Under the pieces are notes generated by a model, which was given only the letters and a program-made list of their open reading frames with translations, did no database searches and was not told where the DNA came from. From the human T2T-CHM13v2.0 reference genome, Homo sapiens: DNA of 64,000 nucleotides. Shown in pieces: positions 14,165 to 29,365 of the stretch. Position 1 is the stretch's first letter. Every line of letters begins with the position of its first letter. The stretch lies in assembly GCF_009914755.1 (NCBI RefSeq), contig NC_060932.1, one strand, 5' to 3'. The translations under genes were made by a program, and so were the position numbers.

Positions 14165-14360
14165 TTTATGGTTCAAAGACCATGGGAATGGGTGTCATGA
14201 GACCAGTATTTAGGCTACTAGCTTTTTGTGTGATCCCCAAGAGAGAAACCTACCTCTGTGCCTTGCTTTCCTCCTTTGTAAAATTAATGGATTACACTAG
14301 CTGATCTCTTAGGTTTTTTTTTTTTTTTTCAATTAAAACATTCTGTGTTCTGTCATTCTG
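14165..14360 (+). mobile_element. MIR3/MIRc SINE
   Basis: CCTCTGTGCCTTGCTTTCCTCCTTTGTAAAAT core and GATCTCTTAGGT...CATTCTGTGTTCTG tail. Confidence 0.6.
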
Positions 14361-14986
14361 GGCTGAATGCCCAAGGCATTCAACAAAATACATTTGTTTT
14401 AAAGAGATAGAGGAGGGAAGTAATTCACCTGTACTTATTTATGAAGCACAAAGTGAATTTTCTGACTTTCAGATAACACCTTGACACATGCTTGATAGTT
14501 GCTGAGTAAACTTGCTTTATATGTGATGAAACATACTAAATTTAAATTGACTCTAGTTTAACCTAAAAGCCATGGGAATCTGACACATTTCCACCCATAG
14601 AAAATATTAGAAGGATTTCATTTACTGCTAATGCTTGGTGCTAGAAACACTTGAAAGTCAAACACAAGTCATTTATTTTATGACTCATTTCTAACAACTT
14701 GAGAAAAAATACATTTAGTAACTCTGCGTCAGTGCTATGAAAAGAGGCAAAATAATGCTTCTCTAAAACTTAGAGAAAGCCACCTCTAAAGGAATATTTT
14801 GGGCATATTCTGCACTGGCTCTTTACTCCCAAAGGCTACTTGTCCCTGAAACAATCCCATTATGAGGTATCTCCCTCTGGTTGCAGGCAGAGGAAAGAAA
14901 TTAGGTTTTTTGTTCCAAGTTAAGACCATCTTGCTGCAAGCCTTGTTCTGATCTTAGAGACCTAGAGACACCTGCTCCAACACCTG

Positions 14987-15332
14987 TGTAGTAGTCTGTT
15001 CTCACATTGCTTTAAAGAACTCCCCAAGACTGGGTAAAAGAAAAGAGGTTTAATTGACTCACAGTTTCACGTGGCTGGAGAGGACTTGGAAACTTATGAT
15101 CATGGCAGAAGGCACCTGTTCACAGGGCAGCTGAAGAGAGAATGAGAGCCGAGTGAAGGGGAAAGCACCTTATAAAACCATTAGATCTCATGAGAACTCA
15201 CTATCATGAGAACAACATGGGGGAAACTGCCCCCATGATTCAATTATCTCCATCTGGGTCTGCCCTTGACAGGTGGGGAGTATTGCAATTCAAGGTGAGA
15301 TTTGGGTGGGAACACAGAGCCAAACCATATCA
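14987..15332 (-). mobile_element. THE1 (THE1C-like) MaLR solo LTR
   Basis: Ends TGTAGTAGTCTGTTCTCAC and GAGATTTGGGTGGGAACACAGAGCCAAACCATATCA; 5-bp TSD ACCTG/ATCTG. Confidence 0.92.
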
Positions 15333-16720
15333 ATCTGGCATTCTAAAATATGCTCCAGTCTTGGTTTACAATATTCAAGGCTGGAATTTCCCTGACTCAT
15401 ATCCCTTCCCTAGATATGTTTTCCTGATTGGAATTTTCAGGATCCTTAGGGTCGCAAGGAAAAATTACACACAAATTACCTTTAGTAGGTTTATGTTAGG
15501 AATTCTCCCCATAGGGTAGCATGTACAGGAATGTTACATTGCACTCAGACCATGCAAGACTGAGATGTACAACAGCCATAATGAGTACCAGAACAATGGC
15601 TAAGCATTGTTTGGAAAGACAACTGCTCTTTCTTCTCCTCATCCTACTTTATCTATTAACTTTACCCTAATGAGAAGAAACAATGTGATTGGCCAAGTTG
15701 TTACCATTTAACTGGAGTCTCAGGGACACCTGACCTATCTTACCTTCAGACATTATAAACATTCTTTCAGATCATGTACCAAAACCTGGTGAAAATAGCT
15801 AGGGACCGAGTAGCAAGATTGATTTCATTTGACCCAGAAGACACTATCATATCATGTGAATCAGAAGAGAATTTAGGACCTCTTATAGAGAATAGGGCAA
15901 TATAAATGAGCAGGTACTTTGAAGCTTTATAAACTTTCTCAGTGATAAGATTGCAGATAAATAGGAAGTACAGTTACTAAACAAAAAGGTACCATGAAAC
16001 CACTAATGATCTCTGCATGTCCATCCACCTGATATAAGAGCCACTTCTCCCCTCCTCAGGGGATTTGAAAATCTTGTATGCTGACTCCATTCTTATATAT
16101 TTAGAGACTCTCTGAAATATTAGGTCAATTATATCTGTTCTGCAAAGAGATTTCACTAAGGAGAAGAAATTGTGAAATTATGCCCATATGTTTTAGGGTG
16201 TGATTTAGTCTACAGAAAATTATAAAAAATTGACATAATCCCATTAAAATCTAAACTATAAGCAAAAAATATACATTTCACTTTTTGCCACTGAAGTATG
16301 GAAGCCTTTTAACCAGAAGCATATCCAAGGCTTTCTAAATTCACTCTCTGAAAAATGAAATACCAGCTCCACAAAGTTGAGCCAGGCCTCCTGCTCAAAC
16401 CAGCCATTACAATGATAAATCCATTATGTGGGTTGAGGTTGAAGTGTTGGAGAAATCGTGAGAGCTTTTTAAGTAATCTGTATATAATCTTCTATTTATA
16501 TTCTTTGTGATTCTTGATTACTTTTTGGTCTCGTATTAAGTTTCCTATTTACACTTTTTTTTTTGCTTTTTTTTGGTCTTATTTTCTACTTTCTTTTGGA
16601 TTTGCCAAGTTTTGATTTTTTCTTCTCTTTGCCTTAAATTCATTTGGGATATTATCCATGTTATTTCTACTATTTTGTGATAATCCTTACATTTCTAACA
16701 TACAGACTTCACTTAAATAT

Positions 16721-17065
16721 TGTCTTAGTCCATTTTGTGTTGCTATAATAAAATTTCTGAGAATGAGTAATTTATAAAGAACAGAAATTTATTTCTCACA
16801 GTTCTGGAGGCTGGGAAGTCCGAGATTAAGGTGCCAGCAGGTTTTGTCTGGTAAGGGCTTTTTGCTACAGTTTTCTCAATATGGCAGAAGGAAGAAGGAC
16901 AAGCTAGCCAAAGACTGCTGCCTAAAGCCTCTTTTAAAATGGCCTTAATCCCATTAATGGAGGAGGAGCTCTCATGGCCTAATCACCTCTTAAAGGCCTC
17001 ACCTCTTAATACTATCACATTGACAACACCTGAATTTTGAAGGGGAGTAATTCAAATCATAACCA
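16721..17065 (-). mobile_element. MaLR solo LTR (MLT1A/MSTD-like)
   Basis: TGTCTTAGTCCATTTTGTGTTGCTATAA...CACAGTTCTGGAGGCTGGGAAGTCC...CCTAATCACCTCTTAAAGGCC. Confidence 0.88.
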
Positions 17066-17210
17066 CTGTCAATATATCTTAATTTTGTCTATAGTTCTGC
17101 ATTCATCCTTTATAAAAAAGGATCTTAAATTCCACAAATATGACCACCCTTCTCTGTCTTAAAAATATTACTATTGTCTTTAGTTGTACTTTACTTTGTT
17201 TTTAAATCCC

Positions 17211-17633
17211 TGTTAAAGCAAACTAAACATGGCCAGAGAAGGACTCTGTACTTCTATATTTGAGTCCTTGTGGATGAACTGTAACCTAGCTTAATAGTCA
17301 AACAAAACCGAAAACCTAACTTTGTAGTAAGTAGCACCTGTAACAATAGCTGAGTGTTGGCCAGTCTCAGCGGCTATACTTCAACCACTTATAGACTGCT
17401 GAATGTTCAAACTGCGTTCAAATAAGGCAAATACCGAGCTGTAACCAATCTCACTGTTTCTGTACCTCACTTCCAATTCCTGTATGTCACTTTACCTTTT
17501 TTGTCTATAAATTTGTTCTGACCGTGAGGCACCGTTGGGGTCTCTGTGAATCTGCTGTGATTCTGGTGGCTGCCTGTTCATTGCTCAAGTAAACTCCTTT
17601 AAATTTAATTCAGCTGAAGTTTTTCTTTTATCA
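17211..17633 (+). mobile_element. MER57A-type ERV1 solo LTR
   Basis: Begins TGTTAAAGCAAACTAAACATGGCC; CCAAT and TATAAA elements; TG...CA ends; 4-bp TSD TCCC/TCCA. Confidence 0.85.
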
Positions 17634-18068
17634 TCCATAATACTATGTTTACATTGTTCAGATCTGTTAATATCTTTCTCAGTTTCTTTACTTATCATTG
17701 CTTCTTACATTCAGCCCCTTTCTTCTAGCTTAATTCCTTCTTGCTGAAATATACATTCTTTAGTTCTTTCAGTAAGTATATGCAAGTATAAAAACTCTCA
17801 TAGTATGTTAGAAATGACCTTTAGTTTACATTCACTTTTGAATCATAGTTCCCATAGAATTCAACATTGATCAGTATTTTGATTCAGTAGTTTAAAAATA
17901 TTCTATTTTCTTCACACATCTACTTTGCTGACAAGAAGTCTGTTGTGAGGTCTTATTATCATTCTTTAAAGACTGTTTTCCTCTAGTTCCTTTGATTATA
18001 CTGTTTTTGTGTACACTATATGAAGCTTTATTTCTATACCTAGGGAGACAGGAGGAGTGTCTGAATAA

Positions 18069-19300
<1,232 letters not shown>

Positions 19301-19721
19301 GTTATTTTAAAAGGCTAAATCTAAAGCAATACTTTTTAAAACTGCCAGTACATTCTTCTTTATTTCTCTTACACACATAGAAAATATCTATTGCCTATTA
19401 ACATAAGAAAATTGTTTGCTAAAACTTAGAAGTCTTGATACATTATTTCCACCGGCCTTTAAGCCCTGCTACATTTTCAAATTGCATTACATGGAACTAT
19501 GCTTTTATGTAGTTAATCACCACTTGTCAACCTAAAAAAGGTGAAGGTCAACACCATGATATTTTGCCTTGAAAAATGCTTCCCAAAGGAGATCACTGAT
19601 GCCTTTTTCTTTATAAATATAATTCCTTGGTGTTTGACTTTATTTTTGTCAATAATTCATGCAATTAAAAATTAATTACACACATATAAGTAAATATGAT
19701 TTTCAAAAAAAATCTACTGTG

Positions 19722-20025
<304 letters not shown>

Positions 20026-20649
20026 TCTACTGTGGTTATCATGGTCTCAGCTAAGCAGGAAGCTGCCATCTGGAGAAATGATTTTCACATTCTGATGACT
20101 GAAGTGGCCTCAAATCACTAAGTGTGACATGCTTCCTTCACTTATTTTCTAATTAAATGCAATTTGCTTTGAAAGAGTTTTAACTAAAAATATAATTCTA
20201 CTGATATAATCCAAGTAAAATATAGCCTGACAAATGGAGAAAGAATGGAAAGTAATTCTAATATCACCCTTTCAAAATAAAGTGTGACCATCCAAAGATG
20301 TGGCAAATTATTATCCCTTGTTTTAAACACTGTTTTTTCCCTTGGGTTCTACTCCTGTGGAAATTATAATTTGAAATCCCTAGTTCACTTATTTTAAAAA
20401 GTAAATAAAAATGGCAATCTGCATTTTTCCACTGACCAAATTTAAATGATTTCCTTCCTAAGGCTGAACACATGAAAAATAAAATCATTTTATTTATATG
20501 TTTTTAAAATGAGCATTACTAGTGGCATGGCCAAAAAATTGGAATAGCACTTGTCACTTCAGCACAGCAAATATTCCACAGCAATTACAATTGGGTGACT
20601 AGGTCAAGTTTGTCCATCCTAACAATTTCAGGGGACATACAAAATAATT

Positions 20650-20835
20650 TGTATATATGTATATAAATATATATGTGTGTGTGTGAGGAATACCATATAT
20701 ATTATATGGCATGTGTATGTGTGTATCTATGTATATGTGTGTACATTACATTATTACATATTATGTATACATATTATGTGTGTACATTACATTATTGAAT
20801 GTAATGTGTGTGTTTGTGCATGTATTTATATACAA
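20650..20835. repeat. Degenerate TA/TG low-complexity tract
   Basis: Seen directly. Confidence 0.85.
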
Positions 20836-20890
20836 TTTGTGACATCTGCCACAAAATACCTTTTTCTTTATTACATAGCATGTTTGTCTC

Positions 20891-21727
20891 TGTCAGTTAG
20901 GATTTGCATTCAGTTGCTATGTCAGAGACTGGAAATAACAGTGGCATATACATAACAAAAGTTTATTTTTCTCTCTAGTAGTAGAAATCAAGAGTCAGGT
21001 GTTCTGAGGCTGACATGGCAGCTCCAAAGTCACCAGGGCCCCATATTCCTTCTATCTTTCTGTGCTGGCAATCTTAGTGTTATGGACTAAATATCTGTGT
21101 CCCCCACAAACTTGTATATTGACCCCCCAACCCCCAAAGTGATGGTATTTGGAGATGGCACCTTTGGGAGGCAATTAGAGTTAGATGAGGTTAGAGGGTA
21201 AGGACCTCATGATGGACTTAGTGCCCCATAAGAAAAGACAATAGAGAGCTTGCATTCTTTCTCCACATGCAGGAACCCAGCAAAGGCTGTAGAGAGGACC
21301 TAAAGAGAGGGCAGCCATCTACAAGCTAGGAAGGGGGCCTTCACCAGGAAACTGAATTGGCTGGTACCTTAATCTTGAACTTCCTGGTCTCCCGTACTGT
21401 GAGAAATAAATTCCTGCTGTTTATGCCACTCAGTCTACAGTATTTTGTTTTGGCAGCCCAAGCTGACTAATCCATGTGGTATGTGTTTCCACTGTCACCT
21501 TCCCTCATTGACCTAGATTTCTGCTTGAGCTCCAGCTTAGAAGTAGGGTAGTAGAAGAGGACAACGTGACCTTCCTGGAAGCCCCACTCAATGAGGTTTG
21601 AATTCATTTAAATTTCAGGTATGCAAGAAGGCTGGGAAATTTAGTTTATCATCAAGGCATTCTCCCTAGGGTTATATAAGGAAGAAAAACATGACTATTG
21701 GGCAGGCAGCTGAAAGTATCTGCAACA
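20891..21727 (-). mobile_element. MLT1J/K-type MaLR LTR split by a younger MLT1A
   Basis: TGTCAGTTAGGATTTGCATTCAGTTGC...AACAGTGGC and GCAAGAAGGCTGGGAAATTTAGTT. Confidence 0.7.
21078..21474 (+). mobile_element. MLT1A-type MaLR solo LTR
   Basis: TGTTATGGACTAAAT...GATGGTATTTGGAGATGG...ACTGTGAGAAATAAATT...GCAGCCCAAGCTGACTAA. Confidence 0.88.
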
Positions 21728-23189
21728 ATGTGTATTTGTCTCTTCTCTAGAATCGATGAGGGTATGTGTTTACTTGCCAGCTGAATTAGTCTTTTGAACA
21801 AATTTGATTCCAATCTTGAACTCTAGAAGATAAGTTTCTAGGAAACCTTGATCCAGGCCAATTAATTTGTTTTTCTGAACCATAGTAACATCTATTTTAC
21901 TCATTAAATGTGGTCTCTGTGTCTAAATACATTCTTTTTGGTTAATTAAGTCATATTTAAAATGTACTAGGAAAACTCAAAAATCAGATAAATCTCATGA
22001 GAGAATCTTTTGAAAAATACAATTGATACGCTAAATTTCCTTTAAATTTTTTTCCATTTTTTTCTTTGTTTTAGTAAAAGTAAAAAATATTGGTTCAGGT
22101 ACAGCAAACCAACAGGTTATATCAACTAAATTGTTAATGATACTTAATTTATGGAGTAAAAATGAGGATTTTGAATGCATGTATACATATTCTGGCTGAT
22201 GCCAGAAACTTTGCAAATAATTATTTCCTATCCTCCCCATACCCCAGTAAATAATACAAAATAAAATAGGAAAATATTAATGTAATATTAAAACACAGAT
22301 TTGATATTTAGAACTTGCCAACCTGGAAAAAGAAAACTTTCTACATCTTCATCATAATAAAAACATGTTCACATTTCTCTCTTTCCGTTCACCAATGACT
22401 ATATCTGTAGATAACCAAAGAGAGTAATGACAGACCATTAGCACCAATAAGATAATTCATTTAGATAACTCAATAAGATATAAAATACTACATAAAATAT
22501 GGAATGTAAGATAAAAATAAAATGTTGAGGTCTGTTCGTCCTGATAGAAAGTAAGATAATTGCTCTGATCAGCTCTGTCTTATGTGTGTCCCATATTTGT
22601 TCTTTGAGAAATGCCCATTTCTTGCCCCAGAACAGTCTGTAAATGCTGTGTGGCCCCAAAGTCATCACCTCTCTTTTACACATTGTCAAAGCAGCCAGGC
22701 AGCCCTGGCCATTAGATTTTCTTAGTGTGACTCAGACCCCTGTCCACTGCATTACATGAGACACATACTGAGCTTCAAAAAACCCCCTTTTTTCAGTTTC
22801 AGAGAACAAGATCCTTCAGCACTCTTTCTTCAGAATCAATATGTAGATTTCTCTAAAGAAACCTTCTCATTCTAACTCTTAATATTTTTATACCATTGTT
22901 GAGTAAAGGGATAAGAGTCACTTAACTTGGTGTTAGGTTTCTTGGTGTCTTGCTTACACATTTTGCATGTGGTCCAGCATCTCCTTTGAAATGTGGTACT
23001 TTTAGTCTCATGGTATCTCAGCAAAATTTTTATTTCAAACTAAATAAGTATTAGTTGTTATTATTGTCCAAGGAAAAAGGGCATCTGTGTTAGCACTGAA
23101 GGTAGTAGCTGAATAAAATTTTAGTTTTATATGTCGCATCTTTTTTATAGAATAATTCATATATTATGTTTAAAATGAGAAAATATTTT

Positions 23190-23500
23190 TTAAAAATAAT
23201 CTTTTTCTACATGAATATGTTTTTCCAGTATTATTTATTAGGGCCTTCATTTTCTCAGAGTCTGCCATGTTACCTCTGCATATATCAAAATTCTATAGAT
23301 GTCGGTCTGTTTCTAAACTCTATTTCATTTTTTGTCAATTTTCTTGTTTTTGTGCCAGTGTTGCACTGTCTTAGTTATTATTGCTTTATATAAACATGAT
23401 GTCTAATAGAGAAAATCCCCCCACTATAGCCCCTTTCTGCAAGAAGTCCTTGACTTTTCTTGGATGTTTTGTCCTTCATAAATGTTTTAGAATCAGAGTC
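23190..23500 (-). mobile_element. Old L1M ORF2 fragment
   Basis: GGTCTGTTTCTAAACTCTAT...GTGCCAGTGTTGCACTGTCTTAGTTATTATTGCTTTATA...TTTTAGAATCAG. Confidence 0.7.
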
Positions 23501-24255
23501 TCATAATAATAATCAGTGATTTGAAGACCATCCCTTATCCCCAACCCTCAACTCCAGGAGATAAAGAAGAAAACAGTTTTTGATAATCAAACATATGGGT
23601 CCGACTTGTTTCTCTCTCTTGAAGTGACTGTATCCCCCTTTATTCCCAGATAATTGATGGTGATGTTAGCCAATCACAAACTTTCTCATGGGAGACACTA
23701 AGCAGATTTCCCTCCAGTCTCTGGTAGACGTTAGTATAAAGGAGCATTGCATGTAAGAATGACTCATGACTTCATTCACAACAGAGGTAAAGGCCAGAGA
23801 AGTTCCCATGTTTGGTTTCATTACCCTTGTTACATTACATATGAATTACCATGTGGAAATAGAGTGTCCCATATCTTGCTATATATCAAACACTTTCAGT
23901 GACTGTCTAGCAAGCTCATATCTTCACAAATGAACAAAAAATTGTAACATAGCAAATGGCTTACAAAGCCCCTAATTTATTTTTAAAAGATCTGCCAATA
24001 GTTCCTGGCATACTCTGTCTGTTGCTTTTGTCATTTAAAATCATGGTCATATTTCCAGGTCAACACATAAAGAAAAAGATTCAATTTATATAATTATGTG
24101 ATATTCACAACCAGGGATATGGCAATTAATAAAATAGAAAGGTCCTCTGAATGCAATTCTGAATACAATTTTAATTACCCTCTTCTTCGAGATGCATCAC
24201 CAGAGCCTCCCTTACTCCTCCCTCCTCCCAGGTAAAATTGATTGCCACATTCTTT

Positions 24256-24545
<290 letters not shown>

Positions 24546-24929
24546 TGACATTACTTTTTTTTTCTCCGAATTTAGCTCCATGCTGGCACATTTGTCTTTA
24601 ACACAATTAGTTATTCCATGCTTTGATGCTCACTTCATGAATTACCTCTCTGAGACCTCCTCTCTTCTTTTTCTTCCACTGAGCCTTGAAGATTATTTTC
24701 TTCATTGTGCCATAATTTTTTCCAAGTCTTTTTCAGTAGCTAATTGTGTTCATAAGGTCCTCTCTTGAGGGTCCTTCCTCAGGAGAGCGTAAACCTCGTC
24801 ATTCTTCTTTCTACTCTCAATTTCTCCCCTAATGCAAAGAACATCAGAATCCATAAATAAGGTTTAAATAAATTCTCTCAAGTTTTCACAAATCACCTCC
24901 AATAAGAGGACTTAAAAACCACATCTACA

Positions 24930-25280
24930 ATATTTTAAAGTCGTATTTAGGTATTTCTATCTGGATGTCATTTTATCTCCAAAAATCCAATATCTTGAAA
25001 ACTGAATTCATCATCTTTTCTCACCATTATCCTTCCCCCCTGACAACTCCCTCTATTGAATTTTTATAATATTTAACCATCATTGTTTTGAGTTAGTCCA
25101 ACTCATTGACTCTGTTTTCTCTTACCTTATATCCTGTCAGTTATCAAGATCTGTTGATGATTTTTTGTCCTAATATTTTCTAAAACCATCCCTTTCTTTC
25201 TTCTCTGAAATGAAAAGCCAAATTGTAGTTATGCATGTTCTCAAGCCTGGCCTATTGCTATAGTTGCCTAACATGGTGAC
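24930..25280 (+). mobile_element. L2 fragment
   Basis: ATTTCTATCTGGATGTC...AAAACTGAATTCATCATCTT. Confidence 0.65.
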
Positions 25281-25915
25281 TTATAGACACTCGAAAGATG
25301 ATTTTTAGTGGAGTGACCAGATGTCCACATTTGTACAGTAAATTATGTGGTCCCCATACTTTTGGAAATAATGGAAAGTTGTCACAAAGGTGTACATGAA
25401 GAGATCCATGGTCCTCATGTGTCAGCCGTGGCATCTGTCAAAAGCTGAAGAAACAGAGCCAGGTGGATTCCCTAGCGATGTTTTTGCCACCAAGCTGGTC
25501 TTAGAGGAAATTATATAAGTTCACTGAAAGGGACATTATTAGTAAATCTGGAGATTGTGGTAGTCCTTTTGACCTCATTTATTTACTTGTTTTGCCTTTT
25601 CAGGAGCCTCTCTCACCCTTTCCATGTCTGCAGAGTCTTCCCTCTTCTTACGTGCTCCCCTTAAGTTCTCACTATCCTGGGGTATGGTTCAAAGCTCAGG
25701 ACTTCCCACGTTTCCACTGAGTTCCATCTTCTTAAGTTTGTGATCTTCGTATAAGACAATAGCTAGTCATATTCATTCATCCATCCATTCTATAAATACT
25801 TAATGAGCACCTAATATTACCAGGATTGTTTCAGGCACTGAAAATAAAAAGTAGACTTTGCAAAGATGAAACTAACTACTCTCCCTGACCCCCTCAAAAC
25901 TTCAAATTCTTAGAA

Positions 25916-26165
25916 AGGCAGTATATCATAGTTAAGAGCATAATTGGAAGACAGATTGTCTGGGTTCAGATCTTAGCTGTACCCCTCTCAGTATGAGAAG
26001 TAGTGCAATTACTTAAACTCTCTGTGTTTCGTTGCATCATCTATAATAATAATAATAGTATTTACCTCACTCAAAAAGCATAGTGTAAGCATTGCACCAG
26101 AAAATATCTCAAACTCTTAAAATAATTCTGGTACTTATTAAGCACTCAATAAATATTGACTATTA
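25916..26165 (+). mobile_element. MIR, near full length
   Basis: TAGTTAAGAGCA...CTGGGTTCAGATCTTAGCT...TTACTTAAACTCTCTGTG...AAGCACTCAATAAATATT. Confidence 0.8.
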
Positions 26166-27074
26166 AGAGTATGCCCTAAATACTCTGGGCATTTCAGGTC
26201 TAGAGATCTGAAGACCATGCTGAAAATATGGTAGTCACAGCAATGTGTGCTGTGACAGTTACAACTTTTTCTCTGCCTACGTATCAAGTAAGCTTGATGA
26301 ACATTGATTGTTTGATTGATCAGTTAATGGCTTTGGGATTTTGAGAGGGTTTCAGTCATTAATTGATACAGAGGTTGAGCACAACTGACCTTTGGTGTCA
26401 GACAAAACTGGGTTCAAATCTTTCTTTGCTGCATATGTGCCATATGATCTTGCAAGAAATTGGGTTAATGATTCTCCTGATCATGTATCCATTTAAGTGA
26501 TGTTTACTTACTCCCTGCTAGACACTATTTTAGTCCCTGGGAATACAGCAGCGAACCAAATAGATGTGATCTCGGCACTGTGTTGCCTACAGTTTAGTGA
26601 GGTAAGGGGAAGAAAATATGCAAACAAATAAGTGAAAGAAATAGTTTTAGCCATCTCCTATGGTAATTGTGAGGAGTTGTAAATTCTCCAGGAATGTAAT
26701 TGCCAGGATAAAAGGAATTCACAGTTTAATGTAAGAACCAATCATACAAATAGTTATTTGTCATTCTATACGGAAAAAACAACAGAAGCATCACTATGGG
26801 GACAGAGAGAAAGTGTGATCTAGAAAGTGGAAGATTCTGGACCACAGGCAGGAGTTGTAGAATGGTGATTGGCTTCAGGCAGGAACTGCAGTAAGCTTCT
26901 TGAGACCAGTTTTGCTGTCAAAGACCATTCTTTCTTTCCTTTTGGCTTAACATTGCTGCCTGAATTGTTTTCCAAGTGAGTTTGTTTCACCATATTAGAC
27001 CTCTCCTAAAATATTTCATTTTCGTAGCTCACTCTTTCTCAAATGCCCAAGGAAACATTTTTGTAGGTGCATGC

Positions 27075-27396
27075 TCTTTTCTTTTTCTTTCTGTGTTTCC
27101 TTTTCCTTTTTCTTTTCTTTTCATTTCTTTCTTTTGGAGACAGGGTCTTAATCACCCAGGCTGAAATGCAGTGGCACAATCATAGCTCACCGCAGCCTCA
27201 AACTCCTAGGCTCAAGCAATTCTCCCACTTCAGCATCCTGATAAGCTGGGACTACAGGTGTCTGCAACCATGCCAGGCTATTTTTTAAAAATCTCTCATA
27301 GAGACAGGGTCTCATTATGTTGCCCAGGCTGGTCTTGAACTTCTGGGTTCAAGTGGCCCTCCTGCCTTGGCCTCCCAAAGTGCTGAGATTACAGGC
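27075..27396 (-). mobile_element. AluJ (Jo/Jr-like) with T/C-rich tail
   Basis: CATAGCTCACCGCAGCCTCAAACTCCTAGGCTCAAG, TATGTTGCCCAGGCTGG. Confidence 0.9.
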
Positions 27397-27589
27397 TAGA
27401 TGTTCTTTTCAATCTTTCTGAAATGGTTATTGAATTTGAAAGCCCAAGCCAAAGGAGTTAAGAAGTGCTAATCTGCAACAAAATTCCCTTTTAGTTCTGT
27501 CCTCTCATCAGGATAAATCTTTTTGAGGGATGCTGCCTTTTCTTTACATCTTTGTATCTCTTGCATTTTCTGATATCAAGTTCACCTTT

Positions 27590-27599
27590 GGGAAATTCC
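27590..27599 (+). promoter_or_regulatory. NF-kB consensus site GGGAAATTCC (motif only)
   Basis: Exact match to the IFNB1 PRDII-type kB site in apparently non-repeat sequence; function not shown. Confidence 0.3.
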
Positions 27600-28449
27600 A
27601 CCTGGTGAGAAATTACAGCAATTCCCGACCTAACACTTACGGCAAGAGTCCAATCTCCTAGCAATTGACTGATCACTCTGACCTCTAAGCTGGACAGTGC
27701 AGAGCCACCTCAAAGAGCTCTTACAGGAACCCCTGGTGGATATAAACAAAATGAGATCATTGAAATGAGTGGAATGCAAACACCAAAACCCGCATCTGGA
27801 CTTTAAAAACATGCACTATCAAGTTCTGTGCAAAGCCTCCAGGCCCACATAAAAATCTGAAATGATTTATAGGAAAGGCCTAGAAAATCTATGTGGACGA
27901 AAACCTGTGACATTAAGCCTCTTCTTTCTTCTTCAGGATGGGTTGAAGCATAAGAGTCTATTTCACGTAGAACTGTAACAATTTGTAATTTTGTAATTAA
28001 CAAATGGTAAAACTAGCAAGATTTCTTCCAGATATAGATGCCAGGAGCCTTTCTCCCATTTTGACCCTCTCATGTTGATTTCAAGGCCTGCATGAATCTG
28101 TGGTTGGTTTTTCACCTTTTAACTCCACCCACAACATCAGATGTCAAATTGAACACTGTAGTCAAAGAGTGAGACAAAATTTAGATTGGAATATCTTCAG
28201 CTTGCTGAAAAGTTGGTAGTCTGTATGACTGCTTGCATTTTCCATCAACATTTCGTATTAACATTATGCAAAGTGCTGCTTTAAGGTTGCAATTATTGTA
28301 GACACATGGGCTGGAAAAGTGATGTCAACCAATTCCCATTTAGTTGAGTTTCTTGATTGTGTGCTCATGACACTGATGAGAAAAACAAGTAGATTGAAAG
28401 GAATACTTCTGTCTTCTGTCTTCCCTATCCCTGGGGGATTCTTACGATT

Positions 28450-28660
28450 GGCTAATGACTCTCAAATCTATGTCATCTGTATAACTGACAGCTCTCTCCC
28501 TTGAACTCCAGTCTACACCTGTAGCTGCCACCAGAGGTCCCTAAAACTCATCACATTCAGAACTGAAATCCATTATTTTTCTTACTAAACCCTGCCCACC
28601 CCCCTTCATGTCTTAGATTAATGCTATACTATTCAGACAGTTATACTAAGCTGAAATCTG
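28450..28660 (+). mobile_element. L2 fragment
   Basis: GCTAATGACTCTCAAATCTAT...CTCTCTCCCTTGAACTCCAG. Confidence 0.65.
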
Positions 28661-28959
28661 TTATTGCTTTCCAGGAATTCTGGAATATGTAACAATGTCC
28701 ATATTCCAGCATTCATGTAAATAGACAATTGTAGAGGAGTAAAAGTGCATACAGTAGAGAAGACCTAAATATCTAACTTTAAAAAGTCCTTTGATTTGAG
28801 TAGCATTGCCACAATTCTCTGCAGGGTTTTGATAGTTTACTAAAGGGTGTAAATAATTAAGTACAATTATCACCACAATTGAAAAATCAACCTCAAGCTT
28901 GTTGTCCACTCTTATGGGTTCAGAAATGCATTTTTTAAACAATTAAAAATGTTAGCAAT

Positions 28960-29365
28960 TAAATCCAGATTTATTTGAATTTCACTGGCTTTCCCCTTAA
29001 TAACCTCTTTCTGTTCCAGGAGCCAACCCAGGGACCACACTGCATTTAGTTGTCATGGCATGCTATGTCTTCTGTTCTATGACAGTTTCTCAGCCTTTTC
29101 TTATCTTTAATGACCTTGGTAGCTTGGAAAATACTGGTCAGGCACTTGTACACTGTCTCCCAATTTGGGTTTATCTACTATTTTTCTCATGCTTATACTG
29201 GGGCTTTTCATTTTTGGAGAGAATGTCATAAGGTGAAATTCCTTCCTCATTATATATTATCAGGGGATACATGATATCACTTGTTATGTAATATCACCTG
29301 GTGAGAGTGGTATTTGCCAGCTTTCTCCACTTGAAGTTTACTATTAATATTTTTCCCTTACCTTA
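28960..29365 (-). mobile_element. L1MC4/MC5-type 3' region
   Basis: TTTCTGTTCCAGGA...CACACTGCATTTAGTTGTCATG...GACAGTTTCTCAGCCTT...ATACTGGTCAG. Confidence 0.8.
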
